The notes under the pieces: model-generated | Databases searched by the model: none | Told to the model about the DNA's origin: nothing | Seen by the model: only the letters and a program-made list of their open reading frames with translations | Translations under genes and position numbers: made by a program | DNA from: Haplodiscus bocki | Taxonomy: Eukaryota | Direction of reading: 5' to 3' | Assembly: GCA_965655095.1 (NCBI GenBank) | Contig: OZ296652.1 | Coordinates: 42,966,001 to 43,030,000 of the forward strand | DNA: 64,000 nt | Shown here: in pieces, positions 36,972 through 50,200 of the stretch | Layout: every line of letters starts with the position of its first letter | How positions within the stretch are numbered: position 1 is the stretch's first letter

Positions 36972-39404
36972 CTAAGTACGTGTTTTTTTTGTTTTCGGTT
37001 TTTTTCTTTTCTGATTTTTCGAGTTTTTTGTAAATTTATACAAAAATTTAAGTTGGGGTAATGGAGCATTTCCATTACTGTTCGAAGCATTTCCGTTAAT
37101 AGGAGCATTTCCGTTAGTACTTTTTTTCAAAAAGGTATTTGAAATAGTGGGAGCATTTCTGTGAGTACTAACAATTGAATTCAGGGGAGTATTTCCTGAG
37201 GTATGAAACATGTCAGGATCATGTCCTTGTGATTCAGTTATGTTTGAACTAATCGGAATTGGATTGTTCACAAGATGTACATGAGGGTAAAACGAAGTTG
37301 GATTTTTTTCGTACATTGGTGCAGCTCAGGTTTCATTACCTGTAACGTTCTTCATACGGAGATTACCATTCTTTTTGTTTTCATCAGTTTCGTACATTGG
37401 AGTCTGTAGTGAGAAAACGAACAAGTGAAATGTTGCACCTGGCATAGTTCTGACAAACCAAAAGTGGCACCAGAAACTTTTTCAAGTCCTCGGAGGACAA
37501 TAAAAAGAACGTCAATAAAAAACTTTACCGAGTGGAAGCAAGCAAAAAAGTTTCCGAAACATTTAATATAATATTCCAAAAGACCAAAAGTTTCTTTAAA
37601 CTTGTCGACAAAAAAGGAGGGCGTAAATAAATGATGCATCAAAAGTCTATCATCTAGACTCAAAAGGCGTTCTAAGTTTCCAGGATCGGAAATTCGAACT
37701 GTGTTGCCCTTTGTCAAAATGGTCCTTGTAAGCATCTTTAGGACAGTGTCGGAATTGGGAACATGGATTATATTATCCGAAAAGTTTTTCATTGGCTGGG
37801 GAGTATACATTCCAGAACGCCTAGTATCGAAGGTGGGAAACTGAGTAAAATGTCCTAGCTCAGTTGGCTCGAACAACAAAGGTTTATTAAAAGGCACGGG
37901 ATCAGGTAAAAGTTGATACCAGGAATTGTCATTCTCGATATCAAGTTGAAACACAATAGTGTAAACAACCAAACAGGGTATCTCGGATGCGAAGTCATAA
38001 GTATGACGCTTGAGAGGATCTACAATATTAGTAGTCCGTTCAAACAAGATCGGAATTCGGTCGTAACATTTATCAAGCACTCTTAGCGACAGAAATTTAG
38101 GACAACGATACAACGAAGCGACACTTCCATCGGTGTTCAGAAACATTGACCTATTTCCAGTTAGCATGTAACCGGCAAGCCTGGTGTTTTGCATTGCTAA
38201 CATTAACATTTTTAACATTTGAGTACGCTCAAGTTCGCATTGATTTTGCAAGAGCGTCATTTCTGAAAGTCTTATTTGCTTGGTGTTGAAGTACAATATA
38301 TACTCCAATTTTGTTCCCAAGTGCAAATCATAATCAATTTCATCCGCGCCGACAGAACGCCAAGGTTGTGCGCCAACCTCTCTGCTGGTTACTTCGCTAA
38401 AACTTAAAGACGTATAAGAAACCTGGTTAGTGTTGTCAATCGAAAACTGATGTGCGTTAGATGAATATTTGTTCGTATTCTCCACCTGGCATTGCGAAAC
38501 CTCCTTGGTAATTCACACTTTCAAAATTTGTCTTGTACAATCTTTCAGTGTTTTCCACATAGCTCATAGCTATGAGGGAAAACTTTAAGTTTTATGTTCA
38601 TTCCTTTTCCAGTGTCGTTGAATTCACTGAGGAAGAAAAATTGATTCTGATCCGTTGTCAAAGGATAGTGTAACATTTTTGCATCTTGTGTGAGAATTTT
38701 TGTCATCACACAGTTTTCTGGAGTGTCCCAGGTATATGCAAATGAGTCAAGAGTAGTGGTCGCTCAACCACCCTCAACGAAAAGACATGGAAGTTTCTTC
38801 CTGTCCCCATTGGGAACCTCTTTGTTCCCAAAATTATAGGTCAAATTGACTCGTTGCGTTAACGTTCCAAAACTGTAGTGTTTGATTTGGCCGCTAGTAC
38901 ATTCAATTGTTGAGCTAACGGCTTGACCATCATTGAATTTTGCTTGTGTCTTTACATCAAACTCAATGGGAACATCAAAATTTTCAACGAATGATGTGAT
39001 TTTGATTTCCTTCTTGGATTTCGATGCAAGTCTACACATTTCAGGTGTGACTATCATGTCATAAGTGATGCTATTTTGATCATGCACGTATGACGTATGA
39101 GAGAACCTACCACAATTGTATCGGAAAACATGGACCTTGACGGAACACATCGTTGCTGACAGGTCGGTGCGAAAATTTTTCTGGTAGAAAGTAATAGTAG
39201 CCGTCGCGTTGTACAAGTTTTAGGTGAAATCTTGCATTCAGCTACTTTGTTTAATGAGTATATTCGATTGTCATGCATTTTGGTACAATCGTAATGAGAA
39301 ACAAATAACTCTTGCGACACATTGTCTATGTTATCAACTTTCAGGGTATTAGTTAGGTAATTAAAAAGGAAATATTTAAGGACTAGTAAGATATTATGCG
39401 TCAT
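36972..39404 (-). pseudogene. env: Envelope glycoprotein, chuvirus-G-like, frameshifted
   Basis: Hydrophobic N-terminus, then SHYDC...SLNKVAEC, CSVKVHVFRYNCGRFSHTS, LGTKLEYI, QCELERTQML...LAGYML, LYRC...CYDRIPI...EIPC...WYQL.P and SGMYT, then a TM segment and cytoplasmic tail. This is the motif series of chuvirus-type glycoproteins. Confidence 0.8.
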
Positions 39405-39479
39405 TGCTTATTTGAGAAAACTGAAAAAACACTAGATGTTGTGATTGTACAAAAACACCAGATGTTGTTGTTGTACAGA

Positions 39480-41191
39480 AACACCAGATGTTGTGGTTAA
39501 ATGGATGAAGTTATAGAAAATACAAATGCGTTGAAGAGCATAGGATTTGTTTGGAATGACTTGGCGAGTTTTTTGAGTTTTTGTGTTTTTAGTAGAGAAC
39601 GTGGTAGAAAAGTAATTAGAATGAAAGATGATTGAAAATTTAGAAGTATGGTTTTCCGCATCACTCGCGAGGAATATTTCGTATAGTTCCTGTGTTTCTT
39701 GAGCGTGGAGTAGTGCCAGTACTAGTTGACGGAAGGTTAGTAGGATTAGTACTAGAAATGCGAGGCAAAGGGCTAGGTGTAGTCGGTTGACTTGTGTTGA
39801 CAGGTGATTGCGATTGAAATGAAAGAGGAGTTTGTGGAGATGATTGCGGAATACCAGAATCAGGTGAACTCGCTAAGAGACTCGGCGTCGAATGGCAACT
39901 GGTGTCTTTAACAGGCGAATTAAATCTCGTGTCCATTCGTGACGGTTCACATGTGTCGGGAAAGTTCGGTGAATAGTCATTCAAATGTTTTCGCTCAACA
40001 TTTGAGTCCATTGGCTGATTCAATTGAGAGAGTCGGTTCTAGCATATTCGTCATAGAAATGCTCGGTTTTATCATCGTTGTTAGGCTTCTCGTAATTGGA
40101 TAATAAGTTCGGTAACTCATTGTCACGAGGAAAATATTCAACGAGATGATTGCGATGGACGACTTGGGTCCTCGTTGGATCTTCACCGAGAGCAATCTCG
40201 TATCTAACCTTCGTAATTAGTTTACTCACTTTTGGCAAATATGGAAAAGGTTTGTCTAAATAGGGTGATAGTTTAACACATTTGCCGGGGAAGACCGTTA
40301 AATTTAGCCTGGGGTTTCTCTTATGTACAATTTCACCAAATTTTGCTGAAAAGTACTTTCTAAGGATGTTCATTCGTGCCTCGTCGGATTCCGAAACATA
40401 AACCATGTGCTCAATTTCTACGTCAGACACAGATTGAATCAACTTTCCCTTTCATGGGCATGGCATGTCTATTTGCAGCCAAAAGTGATTTTTCAAGAGA
40501 GATGACAACTAATGGTTGAATTTTTTAAATCTCTGTGAATGTGTCACAGTTGATAATGGAGCACGTTTCGCCAGTATCATTAAGAAACTCAGTGCTCAGG
40601 CCATTATTTTTATTTGTGTCTCCGACGGCGTATTGGAATGGTTCAATAAAAAAATGTTGACCGGGCGTTGCCGCTCCAGATGTGTGAGGAGTGTCATTTG
40701 GATCCTCACTTTCTTGGTTCGTAGTCTTGATTAGTTTAAAGGATTGCATGACTGCAATGTGTCATACAACGAATTAACCTTGTCAGCTGTTGCTTCGAAG
40801 CGAAGAGTTCCAGAGTAACTGTTACTTCTGCTGCGGTTGCGGTTTGCAACGTATGGCCTGTCGCTACGACCTCTCTGGGTGTTAGAGCGATCGTTCGAGT
40901 TTGATCTGTAAATATTTGGCTATTTTTGTGCGTTTGGGTAATTTTGAGAATAAGCTTCTTTCGGTTGAGGAGGCGCTTTTTCATTGTTTTTTTGTCATAG
41001 ACCAACAGAATTACACTGTGTGGCCGGATTTTTTGCCATGGGTGCAAAATCGAGTAAAGTCTTCTTTCTTTTTGGGGCCTTTTGGATCATAAGTCGCATT
41101 GATCTGATGATTCTTGACCATATTGCTGATTTCATTCAAAGTTTTCTCAATGTTTGTGAAGTGTGAGTCAGTGGAGTCGGCTGCGGTGCGA
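39480..41191 (-). repeat. Internal chimeric duplication: gag-end/protease copy (40232-41191, like 45760-46712) fused to integrase C-terminus copy (39480-40231, like 41192-41935)
   Basis: Near-duplicate translated ORFs: 40525 vs 45912, 40736 vs 46317, 39661/40020 vs 41348. ORF 40020..40442 reads across the PR-to-IN junction. Confidence 0.9.
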
Positions 41192-41347
41192 GAAACACCT
41201 AATGTTGTCTTTAGAAAGATGAAGTTATAATTGATACAAATGCGTTGAATAGCATAGGATTTGTATGGAATGACTTGGCGAGTTCTTTAGAGTTTTTTGT
41301 GATTAATACAGAAAGAGGTAAAAAGGTAGTAGAAGACGAGAGATAAT

Positions 41348-44300
41348 TTAGAAGTATGGTTTTCCGTACCACTCGCGAGGAATATTTCGTAAAGTTTCTG
41401 CGTTTCTTGAGCGTTGAGTAGTGCCAGTACTAGTTGACGGAAGGTTAGTAGGATTAGTACTAGAAAAGCGAGGCAAAGGGCTAGGTGTAGTCGGTTGACT
41501 GGTGTTGACAGGTGATTGCGATTGAAATGAAAGAGGAGTTTGTGGAGATGATTGCGGAATACCAGAATCAGGTGAACTCGCTAAGAGCCTCGGCGTCGAA
41601 TGGCAACTGTTGTCTTTAACAGGAGATTTAATAGTCGTGTCCATTTCTGACGATCCACAGGTGTCAGGAAAGATCGGTAAATAATCATTCAAATGTCGTT
41701 GTTCAACAAATGAGTCCTTTGGCTGATTCAATTGAGAGAATTGGTATTTTGCATACTCGTTATAGAAATGCTTAATTTTATCGTCCTTGAAAAGCTTGTC
41801 GTAATTGAATAATAAGTTCGGTAACTCATCGTCACGAGGAAAATATTCACCGAGATGATTCCGATGGACGACTTGGGTCCTCGTTGGATCTGCGCCGAGG
41901 GCAATTTCGTAATTAGATTTCGTATTTACTTTAGTCACAATGTACAGTCCACTTCGGAGTTTGCACAATTTTTGGGATTTTCCGAACGTAACCTTATTGT
42001 TTTCAAAAGGACTTTTTGTCCAACTCGTAGTGGTTTAGCAAGTTTGTACTTGTTTCTGTACTTTAGAGAACGATGATTGGCTTCTCGGACTTTCCTATAT
42101 GCCTTGCGATATATATTCTTGAATTGAGTTTCGCGGTTAAGTAAATCCATCGAGCTTTTCGAGGATTATAAATTGTTCATGCATGAATGACTTGTTTCTT
42201 TGTTCACATGGGTATGATTTGGTAAAGTTTGACAAAATTCGGACTGATATAAATCATTGTCGTCTCGAAATAGTCCCAGTTTGAGAGAAAATGGTATTTG
42301 AGGTTTGAAGCCTAAGACAACTTCATAAGGAGTTGTTCCAGTGCTAGAGTTTAATGAAATATTGTGTGCAAAAGCAAATTGACAAGCCAGTTTGGCCCAA
42401 TTAATTCCAGCTTCAGTTAGGTAGCAACGAAATTATCTACTCAAATGTTTATTCTGTATTTCAACTTTCCCATTGGTCCAAGGTGACCGTTTCGTTCTGG
42501 GAGCATGAGTTATTCCAAATTCCAGAACGAAAGTAGAGAAATCAGTACTCACAAAGGAATTTCCACGATCATAAACAAGCTTTTGAGGAATCCCAAAAGA
42601 AGGTCTGAGAGTAGACATGCATTCAGTGGTATGAGTAGCATCAGTTGATTTATCTGGATACACTTGAATGAAGCGCGAAAAAGCGTCTATTACAACCAAA
42701 CAATTGTGTTTGCCGTCACTCATTGGGTTCAGAGGTCCTTTGTGGTCAATGTGTACAGTGTGGAATAGGTAAGGTACTTCTTCTCTCTTTTTTTCAATGG
42801 GAGCAGTGTTTTGATCCTTTCGGATTTGTTTTTTCTTTCTGCAGGTTAGGCAACTCTTCGTTAGATTTCGTACCCATTTATACATTCCAGGCCAATAGAA
42901 AAATCCTTTCAGAGATAAAAGAGTTTTTTCAGAACCGGGATGTCCGGATAAACGATGATCATGTGCAGCATTGAACGCTTCAATGAAATGATTGCGTGGT
43001 AAGCAAATCTCTTTAGGTGAATGGTTGCTTTTGCGACAGATTAATTGTGTTTCTTTGTCAACAAAAAATTATTCAAATTGATTTGCGTAGCCAAGTAGGC
43101 CTTTGTATTGTCGTGATTTCACGTCTTTTGTGGGCAATTTGCTTTTTGATATCCACGAACGGACAGTTTTCAAGATGGAATCATTTTCTTGATTCACTAG
43201 GATATTATCACAATCGAATGTGTCAGTTGTGAATTTCAGTGTCCTTTTTGGTTCGTGTACAAAAAAATGGATGGTGTTGTATTAAGATTTGTTTTCTGAC
43301 TTTCTTCAATCTCTTGATTCAGCGCAATGTCCTCGTCGGATGCTTCGTTGTCACTAAATTCACTATCAGACTCTTTTTCTGGGTAATAATTTTCATGAAC
43401 TTCGGCTTCCTCAACCATTGGTGGAGCTTGCGATTTTCGTCTATTGTTAATGTTTTTGACTTCTCGGAAGGAATCAGAAACATAAAAAAAGCTCTGGCTG
43501 ACTTCGAGTCAAAAATTTTACAAATCTTCTCAGTACAATCATAATTAAGGTGAAGTGCCCTTGTTTCACCCAGATGTGTGCAAACAATGGGATAAAAATC
43601 GTCATTTCCATCATCGGCAGAGCTGTTGTGATCAATGAGATATTGAACTTCATGTCCGCTCTGGTTGAAGAATCTGATATCCTTGGGATCTTCTTTATGA
43701 GCCAATTAGTGTCCGTTCAGGTCCTTCAAGGAAACATTTCTACTCAACAGATCAGGAAAAGCTAAGTTTTTTCCAGGAGTCCAATTGATTTGGAGATAAG
43801 TGAACTCAGTAATGATCACTTGGTATCGGAAGAGTCGGTGAGACAATCTTCTTTTTCGTGCCCACAGGTACAGCAATGGCGTGTGATCACAAAAGATTTT
43901 GATCGGATGTGGTTAACCGATTATGAAATGCTCATAAGTTTGTAGAGCGGATATGATTCCACAAAGTTCACCGTGCAAAGTTGACATCTTTTGTTCATCT
44001 TTTGTGAATACTCGAGAAATGAAAGAAACTATACGTATTCCACTTAGGAACTCTACCAGGTTGGATCCAGTACCAATGCTGGATGAGTCAACATGAATAT
44101 GGAACGGGTCTTTAGAATTGGGTGCAGCTAGAATAGTTTTTTTTCTTATTCTGTCTTTGATGTTCTGAAATAGTTTTTCATGCTCTTTTCTTCAGTCGAA
44201 TTGAACATCATCTCTCAAGAGTTCATAGAAAGGTTTTGAATCCACCTGTAAATATTCCATGAATGTACTGTAGAAACCTAAACTTCCTAAGATGTGCAAT

Positions 44301-46274
44301 ACATCTCTCTTGTTTTCAGGGCTCTTCAGATTTTTTAGATCTTGGAACTTTTTGGCAACTGGTTGAATTCCTTTGTCGGAAACAATGTGTCAAAGTAATT
44401 GAACTTTTCTCAAAAAGAGTTTGGTTTTGTTTGGGGCAGCTTTCAGTCCTGATGATCACAAATATTTGAAATAAGATTCTAATTTTTCCACTTTTCCGCC
44501 TCGGTTTTTGCTTGAAAAATCACATCATCAATATATGTGATAGCTTGCTTCATGGCAATCAGTTCAGCAAAATGGATTGTCTTGATTCGACTAAAGAAAT
44601 TTGGACGACCCCATAGGTCGTAAAATCCTCGTTCGAACATGTATTGTTTTCCACCAACAACTAAACTAGTTATATTCTTGGTGTCTTCCGAAAGAGGTAC
44701 CTGCTTGTAGGCTGAAGCCAAGTCACTTCTGGTGTAATATTTTCCATCAAGTCTAGTCAGTAACATTTGTACTGGTTCTAGAGGCCATGAGTAGTTTGAC
44801 AAATCAGTTTTGGAGTTGAGATATCGAACGTCAATCACCAGTTTGACAGTTTCTCCTTTGGGTAGAGTGATGATAGGATTGGTGAATAACGAACCCATTT
44901 GCACATCACTTCCCATTTCACGAATGGTTCCTGCTGGTTGCAGTTCATTTGGAGGATTTCTAGTGCATCCCTGTAATGCAGAGGAACCTTGAAAGGTCGT
45001 TGCTTCCGTAATTCGGCATCTTTTTTCAATTTGACATGGATTTCTTGCGTGAGTTTTTTTCAACATGCTAAATAAATTTAGAGAAAATGTCATTGTTTTC
45101 AACTAAAGTTCTTAAGAGATGTCGTAGCTCACTATCAGTTATGTCAGATTCAGCGAAATCGAAATTTTTCAAAAATATTCGTTCAGAAGGACTGAACTCA
45201 GGAAAGAATTCTTCACTGAGTTGTTTTCGTTTGGTATCGCACGCCAATTTGGGCAGTCGAGGTTGCAGGGATTTTACCTCTTTGGAAAAATCCGTAGCTA
45301 ATTTTTTTGCGACACAGTCATTTCGGATAGCCTTTTTCGGGAGTCGATTTCAGTTGAAGATTGAAGTAAGGTTCAGTTGAACAAACTTGCATGTTATTGC
45401 TCAATCCTGAATCGAATGCCTTGACGAAGTCAATGAAAGCAACGTTGTCGATCACGCTCATCGTTTGAGTCGCTTCTTGTGTGCATTCAAGGAGAGCATA
45501 ACCAACTATTCCCTTTTTAATAGGGATACTATTGGGATTTGGGTTATTCAACATTAGAGGATATTTTGATTCATGATGTGAACAATAGACATGATAAGTA
45601 TAAATTCCAGTGTCGAGAACATTTTTATGTAAGCGGAAACTTGTTCCTTTTCTGAACAAATCATTGTCTTCGTCTGTAGGTATAAGTGTCAAAACTCGCG
45701 TTGAGTAAGGTGCAATCGTTATGTCTTGTGGTAATTCTACTGAGTTAACTTGTGAATAGTGCGGAAAAGGTTTATCTAAATAAGGCGATAGTTTATTGCC
45801 GGTGAAGACCGTTAAAATTACCATTGGGTTTCTCGGATTAGTAAATTCACCAAATTTTGCTAAAAAGTTCATTCCAAGATTGTTCTTTGGTGCCTCGGGC
45901 GATTCAGAAACCTAAACCATGTGCCCAATAACACCGGTATATTCTACGTCAAACAAAGATTGAATCACTACTTTCCCTTTCATGGGCATGGCATGTCCAT
46001 TTGCAGCCGAAGATGAATTTTCAAGAGGCATTACAATTAATGGTTGAATTTTTTCAATCTCTGCGAATGTATCACAGTTGATAATGGAGCACGTTGCGCC
46101 AGTATCAATAAGAAACTGAATGCTAATGCCATTATTTTCATTTGTGTCTCCGACTGCGTATTGGAATAATTCAATAAAATGTTGGCCGGGCATTCCAGCT
46201 CCAGATGTGTGAGGAGTATCATTTGGATCCTCACTTTCTTGGTTCGGAGACTTGATTAGTTTGAAGGATTGCAT
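41348..46274 (-). pseudogene. pol: Gypsy pol: protease, dUTPase-like spacer, RT, RNase H, integrase
   Basis: PR: FLIDTGATCSII. dUTPase-like: ITIAPYS...NPNPNSIPIKKG. RT: KLVIDVRYLN, DLASAYKQV, YIDD. RNase H: HVDSS...ELCGII...CDH. IN: CLTC...VHIDHKGP...IDAFSRF...YDRG...NGKVE. Multiple stops and frameshifts. Confidence 0.93.
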
Positions 46275-47040
46275 AACTGCAATGTGTCATACGAATTAAC
46301 CTTGTTAGCTCTTGCTTCAAGCGAACAGTTCCAGAGTAACTGTTACTTCTGCTACGTTTGCGGTTTGCAACGTATGGGCTGTTGCTACGTCCTCTTTGGG
46401 CGTTAGAGCGGTCGTTCGAGTTTGATCTGTAAATATTTGGCTATTTTTGTCCGTTTGGGTAATTTTGAGAATAAGCTTCTTTCGGTTGAGGAGGCGCTTT
46501 TTCATTGTTTTTTGTCATAGACCAACAGAATTACACTGTGTGGACGGATTTTTTGCCATGGGTGCAAAATCGAGTAAAGTCTTCTTTCTTTTTGGGGCCT
46601 TTTGGATCATAAGTCGCATTGATCTGATGATTCTTAACCATATTGCTGATTTCATTCAAAATTTTCTCAATGTTTGTGAAGCGTGAGTCAGTGGAGTCGG
46701 CTGAGGTGCGAGAACTTGATTGTTGAAAACCAGAGATTTCAACGCTAATTACGAGACGTGTCTTTGTTTATTATTAGCGTCTGTAGCGTGTCCCTTGTTT
46801 CATTGGGGTCTCCGATTAGTGCCTGGTGGGCTTTCTGTTTAAGTCCAGGGGTGTTAAACCACGTATAAAGAAGTCCTTATACCTTCCAATTCGTTGATTT
46901 TCACATGCTGTTTGTGCATTTGCATCAGCGTGGGGAGGCGTTGGCCATCCTTTGTCAACTAATGTTTTTATTCTGTGTATATATTTTTTGATGTTCTCGT
47001 CGGGCTGTCTTTTCAAGTTTTCAGCTTCAATAATAGTGAA
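46260..47040 (-). pseudogene. gag: Gypsy gag C-terminal half (capsid C-domain and CCHC knuckle remnant)
   Basis: QPDENIKKYIHRIKTLVDKGWP...DFFIRGLTP. Degenerate knuckle CTHGKKS.HTV*FC at ~46525-46570, copied at ~41005-41050. Confidence 0.8.
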
Positions 47041-48249
47041 TATTAGCTTTGAGAGTCAACGTTACACTTCCTGGTTTCGGTTAAAAGTTCTTTTTCGAAA
47101 AAAAAATGTTTCTTTTAGTTCTTTTTAAACACTACGAATTCCGAGAATTGATCCGAAGAATTGATCGTACTTTTGGCCTTGAAAGTGTCAATTTTGGATT
47201 TTGAACATTTGAAAATGAAAGTTGGATTGATATTGGAAGATTTTCTTTGTGCGGCATCAGTTATGACGACTAGTTTTCGAAATCTTTAGTTTTTTATATT
47301 GCTCAGTTAACGTTTATGGAAAGTTCCGGCTGCGATTATGCCTATATCGTCGTTTTGCCCTTCTTGGATTTCTCTCTCTTGAGTTTTGAAGATCTCGATA
47401 AAGTGAGAGTTGTCCAGATTTACTTTTTTTGAATTTTTTCATCAAGTGAAAGGTCGTTCTCTTAGGTCCACGATGGTAGGATTGCTCTGTGTTTGGTTAA
47501 TTTTGGGATGCAGTGTTCAGTCAAGTCTTCATTCTACGCCTACCACAGCGTTGTCAAATTCAAAATTGCTGTAGCTGTAGGGTTTGAAGGGATGACGTTA
47601 TTCACATGTTCCCAATCTGCTTTTTTTGCGAATGTCGTAAGGTGGCCAGAGTTCTCTATATTGTAGTTAATCATTTGATCGGGGTTTTTGAGGGAAACAA
47701 TGTCTTGCTGCTGCTGCTGCGATTGGTTTCCGAAGTTTTGGTCGATGAGTATTTGCAGCATTGCATTTTGGATGTCGTTTGGAGAACTCTTATTTGTCCA
47801 GTCTGTTTTTGAGTTGCTTGAGTCCCCGCAAAGGAAATTATATTGGTAGTTTGAATTGTTGATAGGGTTGGAAACATTTCCGAAAGTATTCAATTCCAAC
47901 TTGTTTCCAAGATTGGGGCCCGTCGGATTGTCGATTTTAGAGACAGCTGTAGAGTTTCGAGGCAGGCAGTTTTTACAGACTGACCAAGACATCTTCTCCG
48001 AAATCTGCAAGGTAGACTTGTTCATGGTCGAATTCCTCTGACTCCAATCAGTACGTCGCTTTGTCTGGTGTTACAGAATGTTTGACAAAGAAAAAAGCAA
48101 ATTTACTAGTGCCTTTACACTTCAGGCCGCTCCATGATTAGAAGTTCTCCGGGAGCTACCCTTGAAAAGCAAATAACTAACAAGATCTAAGGTGGGGGTT
48201 ACATTGAGGCTGCTGCAGTGTTGTTAAATCTCGGAGAGCTACTTGTGTA

Positions 48250-50200
48250 ACAAGGAAGATGAAGCACAACTTACCGATTTATTGTCCGACTTCTTCCACG
48301 CCTTTTTTTGTCTCCTTTTTTCCCTTTCGATTGCTTTTCCATTACTATTTTCGTCAGTATGTTCGATTGCAAACAATAGTTTTTAGTATGGTCGATAGTT
48401 TTTCCAGGATGAACTTCTGGGGGCTCGTAATGTATGGCATTGTATTAAACATTTGCTTCCGTCTCGATCACAGGTGTTTTTCAAGCTGCGAACAGGTTTT
48501 CAACTTTATTGATGGACTTAGCACTTATTGCGATATCACTTACTTTTTTCTAGTTTGAACTCTTCTCCCTGTTCTACTGCATCACTCTCTCGCAGAGCTC
48601 ATGGAGGCTATTGGAAACTTTGCAATTTGGTAAGAGAAATAAGAATCTAATTGATTAGTGTTTTTTGTCATCAAGACATTCGTGTAGTTTACTTTTAAGA
48701 GAGGTATGTGTGATTTCACCGTTCAAGAAGTTTGCCATTATGAATGTACTGCGTTCCTTAATCCGACAGACTTAAGAGTTCTCTTTAGTGGCTTCATTTT
48801 TTGTGCACCAGATGCTGATCTTCGGCTTCTCGTCACCTTATCTTCATGCGTCCAATGCGGACTACAGAGCTGTTGCTACATTTCTTTGTGGTAAAGTCAA
48901 CGACGCGGTTTGTGTTTGTACAAACAAGACCTATTTCTAATTTACAGGACTCAAAAAGAAGAGTAAGCCATGTTCTATTTTTTGATGTGACCAGTGTTTT
49001 CTGAGGTTCGGGACAATAATTCTTTTTTCGTTGCCTCCCCTGTACCATTCCGACTAAAGTACTTCTGAAGATGAAAGTAAACAAGCCAAGTCGTTTGCCT
49101 ACCGAATCATCTTTCATTCCGAACTCTCTTGAGGATCTTTATTCAATGATAACGAGTTTTATCAGAGTATGGTTTTCTGATACTCGTGTGCAAAAACTTC
49201 CCATCCAAATTTGCTTAGTGCCTCTTTCTCCAGAGAACAGGCCAATCCTTTTCCTTTCGTTTTGAGGTGAGTGAGATGTTGCGTTATAGACAACGATAGA
49301 TAGACAGTGGAAGTTGTAGTATATGACTGAAAGATGAAACTAAGTAAGAGAATATGATGAGGATACAGAGCTGTAATAGTCAGTTATAGCCGTCATTACA
49401 GCGAGCTAGGATAAATATAGGGACCGCAAATCTGATAGTGCACAAATTTGAAAAACCAAAAATATTAGTAGTAGATGGAAGGTTTCACTTTCCGATTGGC
49501 TCATGAATGCCAGGTACTGCTGGCATACTTTATACAAGCTGTTTCTCTGTTGGCTGCTTGTAGTTGATGTTTCATAGCAACCTCGCATAGCCTGGTAATT
49601 CATAGTATTTGTTCTCGCACAACCTCTGGAATTTCTTTTCGTACTCGCTTTCCCCTGCCCTTTTTGCTCACGTTGCTTATCATGGACAAAATTATTCCAG
49701 GTGGAACTCTCCCATTTTTCTTTATAAAAAGTTTTCCATTCTCATCCCTTGGAAAAATTTTTTCTAAATCCATCTCATTTTTCCCTATTGGATCTCTTGG
49801 AAATTTTCAAGTCCTTCGGCCAGTTTTCGCGAGTCAAAATTCTCAAAAGCAGAGTGGAATTCACTTGGCTGAAATGAATTTCATCCACGGAGGTAACCGT
49901 GAGTTGTTCGGCAGTCAGTTCTACTAGAGTGAATCCCGGTACTCCGTTTTGACCTGGAATACACCTTCAAAATCATTAGTGTGAAGACTGCCGGTTTCCT
50001 TGGGAATATATAGCTCAAAATTGATCTAAAAAACAAAATATCAGGCCCGTCGATGGTTCTGGAAGTCATGCAGTGTTGGATGGTCCTCTGCCTGAATATA
50101 AATAACTTTTTGATTTCCCCATCGATACATCCGTAAGACTTCAGTCGTGGTGCGGAGGAAAGGGAGCTAAGATTCGTAGCTGAGTGGACTTCTTAGTTAC
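48250..50200 (-). pseudogene. Highly degraded LINE remnants (APE-like and RT-like pieces)
   Basis: SVGKRLGL...RTW...VDF (APE-like, ORF 48833..49117) and RLKSYG...GPDILF (RT-like, ~50030-50150). Weak matches only. Confidence 0.35.

Larger units (their letters stand above)
35046..47220 (-). mobile_element. Degenerate env-containing Ty3/Gypsy LTR retrotransposon (endogenous retrovirus-like)
   Basis: Domain order gag-PR-RT-RH-IN-env on minus. PPT-like GGGGTGAGT (35104-35112) abuts a TGTAGCAATGC LTR start at 35103. The 3' LTR is truncated and no 5' LTR was found. Confidence 0.92.

Noticed and set aside
47540-48260. ORF 47540..48025 and a possible 5' LTR/PBS of the Gypsy element
   Set aside because: The N/Q-rich ORF has no clear motif, and no match to the 34301-34797 LTR or an intact PBS was found. 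The 5' end is left undefined.
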